The notes under the pieces are model-generated. The model had not been told where the DNA came from and did not search any database. It saw only the letters and a program-made list of their open reading frames with translations. A stretch of 64,000 bases of DNA from an uncultured Prevotellaceae bacterium (GTDB lineage: Bacteria; Bacteroidota; Bacteroidia; Bacteroidales; Bacteroidaceae). Every line of letters starts with the position of its first letter. Positions within the stretch are counted from its first letter, which is position 1. This document shows positions 36,469 through 45,713 of this stretch, in pieces. The position numbers and the translations under genes are program-made. The DNA lies in NCBI GenBank assembly GCA_902790625.1, contig CADASP010000011.1:9856-73855 (forward strand), given 5' to 3'.

Positions 36469-38466
36469 ATGAAAAAACTAAGTTTATTTGCGCTCGCAGC
36501 CGCCGGACTCTTCCTCGGCGCCTGCTCGAGTGACAAGGATGAGATTGCTGAAGTGCAGCCCATCAATGTCGAAGAGGACGGCGGAAAGCAGTTCATCGCC
36601 CTCAACATCAATCTGCCCGTTGACAACGGTTTCGCTACCCGTAGTGATGTGACCGATGACAACAACTATGCCGACGATCCTGCTACTTTCGAGCTGAACG
36701 ACGGTATGGAGTCGGAGTACAAGGTCAACGACGCTACCCTGATTGTCTTCCGTCCCGCTGCAAGTGGAAAAGAGGCTGATGCTACTTTCGTCGCTGCTTA
36801 CCAGATCAATCCTGAGCCTTGGACAATGTCCAGCGACAAGCAGGTGACGGACTACAGCACGAAGATTGTGCAGAAAGTCGGTACGACCGTTGCAGAAGGT
36901 GACCTCGCTCTGGTTATCCTGAACAAGAACAACCTGATTGCTTTTGATGCCTCAGGCGCTCTGGAGGTTGGCGGTGCAGCATTCTCTGGCACTTTCGGCG
37001 ATTTCCAAAAGACTATTGCAACTAACGCTACGGGTGCCCAGACTGCAGCCATGGAGATGACCCAAAATGGCTTCTATATGGCCAATTCGCCTCTTACTGA
37101 CAAAGATGGTTCCAGCACTACCGTACCTACTGGTGCCAAGACGCAGACACTGGTTGTGATTGAGAATGTCTATGAGACAGAGCAAGAGGCTCGCGATGGC
37201 AAGTGCGCTGAGATCTATGTGGAGCGTGGTATGGCAAAGGTGACCGTCAACGGAACACCGGCAAAGGCAACGCTTGACACTCAGTACAACGGTGGTGCTA
37301 CTCCTGTTGACCTGAACATTACCATCGATGGCTGGGTGCTCGACCAGACGAACCAAAAGTCATACTATGTGCGTTCGACTGAGGGGCACGACGACTTCAT
37401 TTCCATCATCAACGGGAAGGCTAACAAATACCGTTATATTGGTATCTCCCCAATCGTAGAGGGTAATCCTGGTGCCTATAAGTATCGCACTTATTGGGCA
37501 AAGGATCCTAACTACACGAAGGATTTGGCTTCGCCTGCAACGTTTGGCGACCTCATCGCTGACGAGCTGACAAAGACGACTGTAAACGATGCTGCTCTTT
37601 CTACCGAGTTCGGTGACACGCATCCGCAGTATTGCTACGAGAATACCTTCGACGTGGCTCACCAGTCGGTGAACAACACCACGCTGGTTCGCCTGAAGGT
37701 GACTGCAAAGGTTGGAAGTACTGCTGACGACCTCTACATCATCAATGGCAACAAGAGCATGATCTACAAGGAGGCTGACGTTTTGACGCTCATCCAGAAT
37801 AAGGCCCTCGAATTTGTCAAGAGCAAGAACCTGACTTTGAAGACCGGCGAGACTCTCACTTCAGCTGACTTCACGGTCACTCTGAGCGCACGTGATGCTG
37901 CTGGCTACAAGAACATTTCTGCAATTACGTTCTTGGCTGCTGGCAAGGCTAAGGTGATTGATGCCGATGTTGCTAAGATTCCTGCTGATGCTGACATTCT
38001 TGCTGACGTTGTCAAGCTCTACAAGAACAATACAATCACTGGTGGCGTATCTGCTAATGATGGTTCTATCCTCTGCTATGAGGGTGGTGTTTCTTACTAC
38101 ACCATTCGTGTGAAGCACTTCGGCGACCAGCTCACTCCGTGGAAGACTTGGGAGGGAACAACTGGCTATACGAATGTTGTGGCTCCCACGCTGGCAAATG
38201 GCTCCTATCCTGGTTCAATCGGCAATATTACCGTAGGTACTGCTGAAGCTACTGCTGCAACTGCTGCCAACAACTACCTTGGCCGCTATGGCATGCTCCG
38301 CAACAACTGGTATGACATCAAGGTCAACAAGATCAAGTATCTGGGTGAGGCTGTTCCCACCGACTACTCCAAGGATCCCACTCCCGATGATGAGATCGAC
38401 GGCTACATCGCTGTGCAGATCAACATCCTCAGCTGGGCAAAGCGTACTCAGTCTTGGGATCTCTAA
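36469..38466 (+). CDS. Mfa1/FimA-like major (shaft) type V pilin
   Basis: Lipobox LGAC; propeptide site FATR|S; GFYMANS, IYVERGMAKV, YCYENTF, C-terminal YLGRYGMLRNNWY.I.V..I..LG...INILSWAKRTQSWDL. Confidence 0.9.
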   Translation: MKKLSLFALAAAGLFLGACSSDKDEIAEVQPINVEEDGGKQFIALNINLPVDNGFATRSDVTDDNNYADDPATFELNDGMESEYKVNDATLIVFRPAASGKEADATFVAAYQINPEPWTMSSDKQVTDYSTKIVQKVGTTVAEGDLALVILNKNNLIAFDASGALEVGGAAFSGTFGDFQKTIATNATGAQTAAMEMTQNGFYMANSPLTDKDGSSTTVPTGAKTQTLVVIENVYETEQEARDGKCAEIYVERGMAKVTVNGTPAKATLDTQYNGGATPVDLNITIDGWVLDQTNQKSYYVRSTEGHDDFISIINGKANKYRYIGISPIVEGNPGAYKYRTYWAKDPNYTKDLASPATFGDLIADELTKTTVNDAALSTEFGDTHPQYCYENTFDVAHQSVNNTTLVRLKVTAKVGSTADDLYIINGNKSMIYKEADVLTLIQNKALEFVKSKNLTLKTGETLTSADFTVTLSARDAAGYKNISAITFLAAGKAKVIDADVAKIPADADILADVVKLYKNNTITGGVSANDGSILCYEGGVSYYTIRVKHFGDQLTPWKTWEGTTGYTNVVAPTLANGSYPGSIGNITVGTAEATAATAANNYLGRYGMLRNNWYDIKVNKIKYLGEAVPTDYSKDPTPDDEIDGYIAVQINILSWAKRTQSWDL

Positions 38467-38481
38467 ATCCTGCATTCTCTT

Positions 38482-38551
38482 TCAGGCCACTGGCCTGACA
38501 TGAATACCCTTTAACGTTGGCCGCCCCTCCTCGCGAGTGGCGGGGCGGCCA
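38482..38551 (+). terminator. Hairpins after the major pilin gene (attenuator or stabiliser)
   Basis: tcaggcc-act-ggcctga (38482-38498) and tggccgcccc...ggggcggcca (38518-38551). Confidence 0.6.
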
Positions 38552-38731
38552 CTTCCTTAAAAAAACAAGCGTGCCTACACAGGCTGCAACACAGCCGGGA
38601 ACACTTCGGGCACCGGCAGGCTTAGGGCACCGCCCCGCCAAACAGCCCGTACATCGATGCACACCAGCATCCACCAAATGTGAACACAACGTGCGCAGAC
38701 ATCCTCTGTACACACCATATAATAAAAAATA

Positions 38732-39622
38732 ATGGACGACAAGCGCATCATCAGTTTCGACTGGGCCGTGAAGCGAATGCTCCGCGATAAGGCGAATTTC
38801 GGCATCCTCGAAGGGCTGTTCCAAGTCCTCACAGGCCGTCAGATGCGCATCGTCGAAATCCTCGAAAGCGAGGCAAACCAGCTGAGCGACACCGACAAGT
38901 TCCGCTCGAACTTTGTTCGCTTGCTACCAGAGGGACGCAAGAATCGTGTCGACATCAAGGCCAAGGACGAGAACGGCAACATCATCATCGTCGAGGTGCA
39001 GGTGAATCGTGAGATACACTACCTCGAACGCATACTCTACGGAGCCAGCAAGGCCATCACAGAGCATATCGCACTCGGACAAGGCTACGAGCAGGTGAAG
39101 AAGGTATATAGCATCAGCGTGCTCTACTTCAACATCGGCGAAGGCAGTGACTACCTCTATCACGGAACAACGAACTTCGTCGGAGTACATTCCAACGACA
39201 CGCTGAAGATGAACGACAAGGAGAGGAAGGCATTGAAGGTGGAAACACCTGCCGACATCTTCCCGGAGTACTACCTCTTGCGTGTCAACCAGTTCAACGA
39301 CGTCGCCACAACTCCGCTCGAAGAGTGGCTCGACTACCTGAAGAACCAGCGCATCAGTCCCGATACCACAACGGCAGGGCTGCAGCAGGCAAGGACACGA
39401 CTGGCAGAGATGAATATGAGCGACGACGAGAAAGCGGCATACTACCGTCACCTCGAAAATCTCATGATAGAGAAAGAAGACATCTCCACCGCGCGCGCCG
39501 AGGGCAGGGAAGAAAGTGCCAGGGCCATCGCCCACCGCCTCCTCAGTGCCGGCATAGACAAGGCCATCATCACACAGGCCACAGGCATCACCGAAGAGGA
39601 GCTCAGCCTCATGGCCCAATGA
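38732..39622 (+). CDS. Rpn family PD-(D/E)XK nuclease-like protein (copy 2), with a 13-aa insertion
   Basis: Same motifs as copy 1; extra RSNFVRLLPEGRK (38903-38941) before NRVDI. Confidence 0.9.
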   Translation: MDDKRIISFDWAVKRMLRDKANFGILEGLFQVLTGRQMRIVEILESEANQLSDTDKFRSNFVRLLPEGRKNRVDIKAKDENGNIIIVEVQVNREIHYLERILYGASKAITEHIALGQGYEQVKKVYSISVLYFNIGEGSDYLYHGTTNFVGVHSNDTLKMNDKERKALKVETPADIFPEYYLLRVNQFNDVATTPLEEWLDYLKNQRISPDTTTAGLQQARTRLAEMNMSDDEKAAYYRHLENLMIEKEDISTARAEGREESARAIAHRLLSAGIDKAIITQATGITEEELSLMAQ

Positions 39623-39666
39623 CATCAAACACACAGAATAAATAATAAGGAACAAAATATCAACAA

Positions 39667-40539
39667 ATGACCGACAAGCGCATCATCAGTTTCGACTGGG
39701 CCGTGAAGCGAATGCTCCGCGACAAGGCGAATTTCGGCATCCTCGAAGGACTCTTCCAAGTCCTCACAGGCCGTCAGATGCGCATCGTCGAAATCCTCGA
39801 AAGCGAGGCTAACCAGCAAGATGCCACTGATAAGTTCAATCGTGTTGACATCAAGGCTAAAGACGAGAACGGCGAGATTATCATCGTGGAGGTGCAGGTG
39901 TCGCGCGAGGTGCATTATTTTGAACGCATCCTCTACGGTGTCAGCAAAGCAATCACCGAGCACATCTGCCTCGGAGAGACCTACAATCAGGTGAAGAAGG
40001 TGTACAGTATCAACATCCTCTACTTCAATCTCGGTGAAGGCACTGACTATCTCTACCATGGCACCACGCAGTTCGTGGGGGTACACACCAAGAAATGTCT
40101 GACGATGACAAAGAAAGAGCGCGATGCCCTCGGAGTTTCGTCGACGGCAGATGTCTTCCCGGAGTACTACCTCATTCGCGTCAACGAGTTCAATCAAATG
40201 GCCACCACACCGCTCGAAGAGTGGCTCGACTACCTGAAGAACCAGCACATCAGCCCCGACACTACCGCCCCTGGACTTCAGGAGGCTCGGCAGAAGCTGG
40301 AAGTGATGAACATGACACGCAACGAAAGGCTTGCCTACGAGCGACATCTGGAGAACTTGATGATTGAGAAGGATGTCATAGAGACAGCACAGGCCGACGG
40401 CTATGAACAAGGTCGCGAAGAGACTGCTATGAAGATTGCTCAGCGCATGCTGGCTGTCGGCATTCAGCCAGATATCGTTGCACAGACAACGGGCATCACA
40501 GTAGAGCAGCTCGAAACCTACGAAAAGCCCACTCGATAA
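39667..40539 (+). CDS. Rpn family PD-(D/E)XK nuclease-like protein (copy 3)
   Basis: Same motifs; first ~140 nt nearly identical to copy 2. Confidence 0.9.
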   Translation: MTDKRIISFDWAVKRMLRDKANFGILEGLFQVLTGRQMRIVEILESEANQQDATDKFNRVDIKAKDENGEIIIVEVQVSREVHYFERILYGVSKAITEHICLGETYNQVKKVYSINILYFNLGEGTDYLYHGTTQFVGVHTKKCLTMTKKERDALGVSSTADVFPEYYLIRVNEFNQMATTPLEEWLDYLKNQHISPDTTAPGLQEARQKLEVMNMTRNERLAYERHLENLMIEKDVIETAQADGYEQGREETAMKIAQRMLAVGIQPDIVAQTTGITVEQLETYEKPTR

Positions 40540-40577
40540 CATATAGACGAAGAGAACAATAAAAAAAGAACGACATA

Positions 40578-41792
40578 ATGAAAAGACTGAACCTGAAAAC
40601 CTGGCTCCTGGCAGCTTCTGCTGCGGTCGCCTTCACAGGCTGCGACCTGATGAAGGAAGACCTCGAAGACTGTCCCACAGGCCTGTATGTCAACTTTGTC
40701 TACGACTACAACATACAGCGTTCCGACATGTTCAAGGACCACGTCGGAGCTGTGATGCTCTATGTCTACGACGACCAAAACCGCATGGTGGCAAAGAAGA
40801 TCGTCGGCGACGGATTCTTCAAGGCATATGGCCGTTATGTACACATCTCTGAGGAAGAGTTGCAGCCCGGCACCTATAGCCTCCTCGCCGTGGCCATGCA
40901 GAAGAACTTCAGCGACGCCCTCGCAGCACCCGGTGCCAAGTACCGTGTGGCCGGCGACGCCATCGGCGACCAGCGCTCGCAGCTCTCCATCACCCTCGAC
41001 CACAGCCCCGCGCCGGCACTCGCCCCGTCTGTTGTGGCACTGCCCGGCACTCGCGCCACCACATTCGTGTCCACCGTGGCACCCTTAGACACCCTGTGGC
41101 ACACCCTCAGCACCATCGTCACACCCGCCAGCCAGCATCCTCTGCAGCTGACACCCGCCATGCTCACCCCCGCTGCCACCGAGTATACCTGGCAGCGCGA
41201 CGGCAGCATCAAGAGCAACGGCGTGAGCACCGTCACCGTGGTCAAGGGAGAACCCACCTACGCCACCATGAGCCTCATCCGCGACACCAAGCACCTGAAC
41301 ATCTCGCTGCGAGAGCTCGATACCCCGGAGAATGTGGTTGACACCGACTATGATGTCTTCATTATCGATGACAATTCCTACCTCGACTGTGATAATAATC
41401 TGGTTCAGCGGGGTGACAGTGTCATCTACAGACCCTATGCACAGTGGACTACTATCTTTGATGGCAAAGGTTTGGTAGCCAATGAGCATTCGGCGCACTA
41501 TGACTTGATGTTCAATCGCATGATGTACAACGCTACTAATGCCGATGATAATGCCATTCTATGCATACGCAAGAAGAGCACAGGACAGGAAGTTGCTGTC
41601 ATCAACCTGCCTTACATCCTCAGTCAAGGACGCACGGCATACGAGATTAATGCTTACCAGCCACAAGAGTACCTCGACCGTGAATATGATTATCGTTTGG
41701 AGTTCTTCATCAAGAATGGTCGTTGGCTCTTTATCGACATTCATATCGATATCCTGTCATGGGCTAAACGGATACAATATGTGGATCTTTAA
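40578..41792 (+). CDS. FimB/Mfa2-family anchor pilin
   Basis: Lipobox FTGC followed by DLMKEDLEDCPTGLYVNFVYDYN; no early TR propeptide site; DTLWH, MSLIRDTK.L.I.L, YLDREYDY.L.FF, I.ILSWA.RIQ..DL. Confidence 0.9.
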   Translation: MKRLNLKTWLLAASAAVAFTGCDLMKEDLEDCPTGLYVNFVYDYNIQRSDMFKDHVGAVMLYVYDDQNRMVAKKIVGDGFFKAYGRYVHISEEELQPGTYSLLAVAMQKNFSDALAAPGAKYRVAGDAIGDQRSQLSITLDHSPAPALAPSVVALPGTRATTFVSTVAPLDTLWHTLSTIVTPASQHPLQLTPAMLTPAATEYTWQRDGSIKSNGVSTVTVVKGEPTYATMSLIRDTKHLNISLRELDTPENVVDTDYDVFIIDDNSYLDCDNNLVQRGDSVIYRPYAQWTTIFDGKGLVANEHSAHYDLMFNRMMYNATNADDNAILCIRKKSTGQEVAVINLPYILSQGRTAYEINAYQPQEYLDREYDYRLEFFIKNGRWLFIDIHIDILSWAKRIQYVDL

Positions 41793-41842
41793 ATAATGAA
41801 TGTACCGCTACGATATTTTACCATAATTTTTTAGATAAAAAT

Positions 41843-43438
41843 ATGATGATGAATAACTGGGTTTGGAAAGCGATGTCGGTGTTGCTGGCATTGCCACTGC
41901 TCGTGGCATGCCAATGGATAACCGAGGATCACGCCTGGGATGATGGCATCATCAATTCTGATGATAATTTAAATAGGCGCTTTGTCAACTTCAGCATCAG
42001 CGTCAATACCGGCAATAATCCAACACGTGCCGGGGAGACTCCATTGGGTGGAGAGAATGGTGATGGACGCGAGGCAGGCTTCCATCGTGAGAATACGGTC
42101 ACAGGCGCAACCTTTTTCTTCTATCAGGATGATAATGGCATTAATTGCCAGGGCGGAACGCAAATAGTGCATGAGGTCTATTATGTTTTTACACCAGAAA
42201 CCATTAAACGCGATAATGCAGGAACTGAAGAGGCTGACTTGAACAACGATACACGTCCAGGTATCACTCCTGATGAGTATGTATTCACCACAGGCGACCA
42301 GCTGCTCGATGAGGCTATCAAACCTGCATCAGCCTATCATGTCATTGCTGTACTCAATGCCAACTTAACAGGGAAAAACCTCAATACGGTGGAAAAAGTG
42401 CGCAACTACACCTTCACGCAAATTTATAATTCTAACAATAGCAATAATCCTGAGCAGTTCTCAGATTTCATCATGACCTCTGAGCAGGACTATACCATGC
42501 AACTCAGCGACGGCAATGCATGGGAAATCACTTCTACTCCTACGGCAGATTATTATCGCGCCAAGAATTTCATTCGCGTGGAGCGCCTCACTGCCCGCAT
42601 TGATTTCTGGGCTGCTGGTTCCAATGGATACAAAGATACTTATAGCACACCAGGCTATGAGTATACCGTGAAAAAATCCAATGGCGACCCAACAAATGAC
42701 CGTTTCGTGCTCACGGGCGTCATGCCTTTCAATCTCAATGCAGGCAATGGAACCAGTGGAGGGGAATTCCTTATCAAACGACTGGCATCAGACATGACCA
42801 ACGACCGTGTTATCACCTATTTGGCAGATGAGACCACCACCAATTATGTCATCGACCCCGCAACGCTGAACAAAACGGATGGAAACCTCACCTATTATCA
42901 AAATACACTTGCCAGTTTGGTGCCCTCGGGAGGTACTTCCCTTGCTGATGTCACCACGTTAGCTAACAACAGCCGGTATCATAGTGTGGCTGCACGCCAT
43001 GCAGCAGTGCTTGCCGAGGGGAGCAGTGCAGGCTTCACCACACTTACCGACAACGGGCGCTCGGGTGAGGACATCATTGTGGGCTATCCTATGGAGAACA
43101 CCCTTTGGAGCGCATCGCTGCTCTATAATTATGCCACAGGATTAGCCCTGGAGGGCGACTATTATGCCGGTGGAACCGGTACCCCGGAACACCGTGTGTA
43201 CTACGGTTACCTTCGCCATCAAGGAACGGCCTCTTCCTACCAGGCATTGCGGGGTGAAGACATGCCTACAGATGCCACTGCTGTAGGCAGTGTCGCCATG
43301 GAGTATGGTATCGTGCGTAACAACATCTACCGTATCTGTATTCAGAGCATCACTTCTGATGTGGAGAATCCAAAAATCACCCTACTTATAAAGGTCAAGA
43401 AATGGGATAAGTTCGTGCATACGCCCATCATCATGTAG
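41843..43438 (+). CDS. Minor type V pilin A (cassette 1)
   Basis: Lipobox LVAC-QW; NPTR|A; GGENGDGREAG, FIMTSE, VERLTARIDF, GYPMENT, C-terminal YGIVRNNIYRI.I...KKW. Confidence 0.85.
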   Translation: MMMNNWVWKAMSVLLALPLLVACQWITEDHAWDDGIINSDDNLNRRFVNFSISVNTGNNPTRAGETPLGGENGDGREAGFHRENTVTGATFFFYQDDNGINCQGGTQIVHEVYYVFTPETIKRDNAGTEEADLNNDTRPGITPDEYVFTTGDQLLDEAIKPASAYHVIAVLNANLTGKNLNTVEKVRNYTFTQIYNSNNSNNPEQFSDFIMTSEQDYTMQLSDGNAWEITSTPTADYYRAKNFIRVERLTARIDFWAAGSNGYKDTYSTPGYEYTVKKSNGDPTNDRFVLTGVMPFNLNAGNGTSGGEFLIKRLASDMTNDRVITYLADETTTNYVIDPATLNKTDGNLTYYQNTLASLVPSGGTSLADVTTLANNSRYHSVAARHAAVLAEGSSAGFTTLTDNGRSGEDIIVGYPMENTLWSASLLYNYATGLALEGDYYAGGTGTPEHRVYYGYLRHQGTASSYQALRGEDMPTDATAVGSVAMEYGIVRNNIYRICIQSITSDVENPKITLLIKVKKWDKFVHTPIIM

Positions 43439-43483
43439 CCGACAGCCCCATAACAACGATTTATACATCATTAAAGAAATAAG

Positions 43484-45448
43484 ATGAAAACGATGAAGCG
43501 GCTACATATTTATTCTATACTTGCACTCACATCCCTCCTCGCACTCACTGCCTGTCAGCAGGACGATGAGGACAACAGAGGCGGCGATGCCAAAGGCTCG
43601 GCCTTGGTCACCCTGCGCTTGGGCACTGCCGACATGGAGAACACCACCCGTGCCTGGAATGACGACAATGCCGAGACCGACCGCTCGGAGATGATGTACA
43701 ACTGGACGGTGCTGCTGCTCAACAATGGCCAGATTCAGTACAAGTTTGCCGGCACACCAACTGATGCTAACGCTGAAATCGACAATGTATGCACAGACTA
43801 TGAGATGACATCTGGCGCCTACACTGTTTATTCTTTCGCCAACATCAGCGAAGCCAGTTTGAAAACAGTGCTTGGTATCAGTAGTCTGGAGCCAGGAACA
43901 GCACTGACCGACAACGCCATTCAAACAGCAACGGCCACTATCAATGCCAATGGCAAAACGCGAACAGACCTGACGGCAGATGACGCGTTTGGCTTCGGTT
44001 CAAAGGGTATCCCCATGAGCAACCAGCAGGTGCTGGAAGTTCCTGCAGAGGGAACCATAGAGAAAGACCTCATCGTCGTGCGTATGGTGGCCAAGCTGGA
44101 GTTCGTGTTCTTCAATAACACTGCAGTTCCAGCTGAAAATGGCGAGGACTTCACTGTGAAGTCGGTATCTATCAGTGACATCACCAAGGGAACGGCCAAC
44201 AACCTGAAGTTGTTGCCAAATCTGAATAATAACGGCAATGGTCACGAGAACGAGATGACCTTTACCCACGGCGACATCAAGCCCAACCTCAATACGGGCG
44301 TAACGACCGAGGAGGTGAAATATGCTCCTACAACGGCGCTCACCGTGGCTTCCTCAGATACTTACGAAATAGGCAAGCTGCAGAGCAATAGCACTTACGC
44401 TAAAAAGTTCACCTTCTACGTCAACGAGAGCCAGCTGGCCTCCGGCAAGCAGTTCGAGCTGAATGTGGAGCTGGCTAACGGAGACTACCGTTACGCCCTC
44501 GTCAGCACAGGCACCGATGCAGGTCTCACCGTCACCAAAGACCCTGCCAACCCCGGCGGCAACGAGAATGCGACGACCACGCCCGTCACCGAGACCAAGC
44601 GCTCGGACGATTGGACCTACATCGCCCGCAACGACTACCGCGTCATCCCCATCGTGCTCGACAACTACCGTCTGGAGCTGGTGCCCTACGACTTCCCAGC
44701 CATCGGCGTCTACCCCGCCAGCGTGAAGACCATCGACGCGAACACCAACCTCCACGAAATCCTCTTCCACGACTACGGACACTTCCACCTCGTGCCCCAC
44801 GTCTATCGTGGTGCAGCATGGGACGGGACGGAAAATAACACCGCAGCCTTCCCCTGGGCAGGCAAGGATATCACATTCTCGGCTACGAAGGGAAATTTCT
44901 CCAATACCGTGTGGACCCTTGACAAGACGGGTGCTACTGCAGTTGCCGCCGACTGGACCAACGCCTTCTCATCCTTCACCACAACAGGAACAGGCGCGAC
45001 TCTGGCAAAAGATGCTGCACTGACGATAGCCCTCAACAGCGGTACCACGAAGTTCTACGGTGCTCCAGGCACCACTGGCCTGCCCGCTAACAATGTCTAT
45101 CCCACAGCTCTCCCCGTCTACGGCACGAACTTCGATGCCGAGGTGACACACACCGCCGACGGCAAGACCTACTCACAGGGCGATTTCCCCATGCTCGATG
45201 CCGTGACGCAGTGGAAGCCGAAGTCAACAGACGCCTACCGCCCCTACATCTTCGGGCAGATAGCGCCGCAGGAAGACAACGCCGACAAAACCGTCTACCA
45301 CGAGTTCCGTGTGAATGTCTACGTGCAGGGGGAGAGTGTCGCCCGCCTACTCATCTACCGCTTCTACATGCATCTGAAGCAGGACTTTGGTTTGGCGCGT
45401 CGCTATGCTGCGGCTCGGCCCACCTGTCGTCTGCACTGCCACGAATGA
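43484..45448 (+). CDS. Minor type V pilin B (cassette 1)
   Basis: Lipobox LTAC; NTTR|A; GIPMSN, VRMVAKLEF.F.N, FYVNES, IARNDYRVIPI. Confidence 0.85.
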   Translation: MKTMKRLHIYSILALTSLLALTACQQDDEDNRGGDAKGSALVTLRLGTADMENTTRAWNDDNAETDRSEMMYNWTVLLLNNGQIQYKFAGTPTDANAEIDNVCTDYEMTSGAYTVYSFANISEASLKTVLGISSLEPGTALTDNAIQTATATINANGKTRTDLTADDAFGFGSKGIPMSNQQVLEVPAEGTIEKDLIVVRMVAKLEFVFFNNTAVPAENGEDFTVKSVSISDITKGTANNLKLLPNLNNNGNGHENEMTFTHGDIKPNLNTGVTTEEVKYAPTTALTVASSDTYEIGKLQSNSTYAKKFTFYVNESQLASGKQFELNVELANGDYRYALVSTGTDAGLTVTKDPANPGGNENATTTPVTETKRSDDWTYIARNDYRVIPIVLDNYRLELVPYDFPAIGVYPASVKTIDANTNLHEILFHDYGHFHLVPHVYRGAAWDGTENNTAAFPWAGKDITFSATKGNFSNTVWTLDKTGATAVAADWTNAFSSFTTTGTGATLAKDAALTIALNSGTTKFYGAPGTTGLPANNVYPTALPVYGTNFDAEVTHTADGKTYSQGDFPMLDAVTQWKPKSTDAYRPYIFGQIAPQEDNADKTVYHEFRVNVYVQGESVARLLIYRFYMHLKQDFGLARRYAAARPTCRLHCHE

Positions 45449-45458
45449 TTACCCCTGC

Positions 45459-45500
45459 ACTCCGGCTTAGGCAAAATGAAGAGTCGGAGTACTTTTTTTA
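45459..45500 (+). terminator. Rho-independent terminator after pilin B
   Basis: actccggct...agtcggagt stem followed by a T7 run. Confidence 0.7.
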
Positions 45501-45591
45501 AAGATTAGAACGGTCCTCTAATCATACATAGATCAACCATCGTTCTTTGACATTCTGTAACGACCTTAACATTAAGAAAAGTGGTACAAGG

Positions 45592-45698
45592 CCACCAAAT
45601 TTGGTGGTACAACCTATTGCTGTAACCCCAAAAAGGTTATCACTGTAAACCTTTTTTGGCTTTTTCCTTGGCCGATTTGAAAAGAAACATTAATTTTG
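45592..45698 (+). promoter_or_regulatory. Promoter region of the Fic gene with a perfect 16-bp palindrome
   Basis: ccaccaaatttggtgg (45592-45607); TAATTTTG (45691-45698). Confidence 0.6.
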
Positions 45699-45713
45699 CA
45701 GCGCAAAACCATC

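Noticed and set aside
35486-40539. Rpn genes as IS elements (often labelled 'transposase')
   Set aside because: No terminal inverted repeats or target duplications were seen, so they are listed as CDS.
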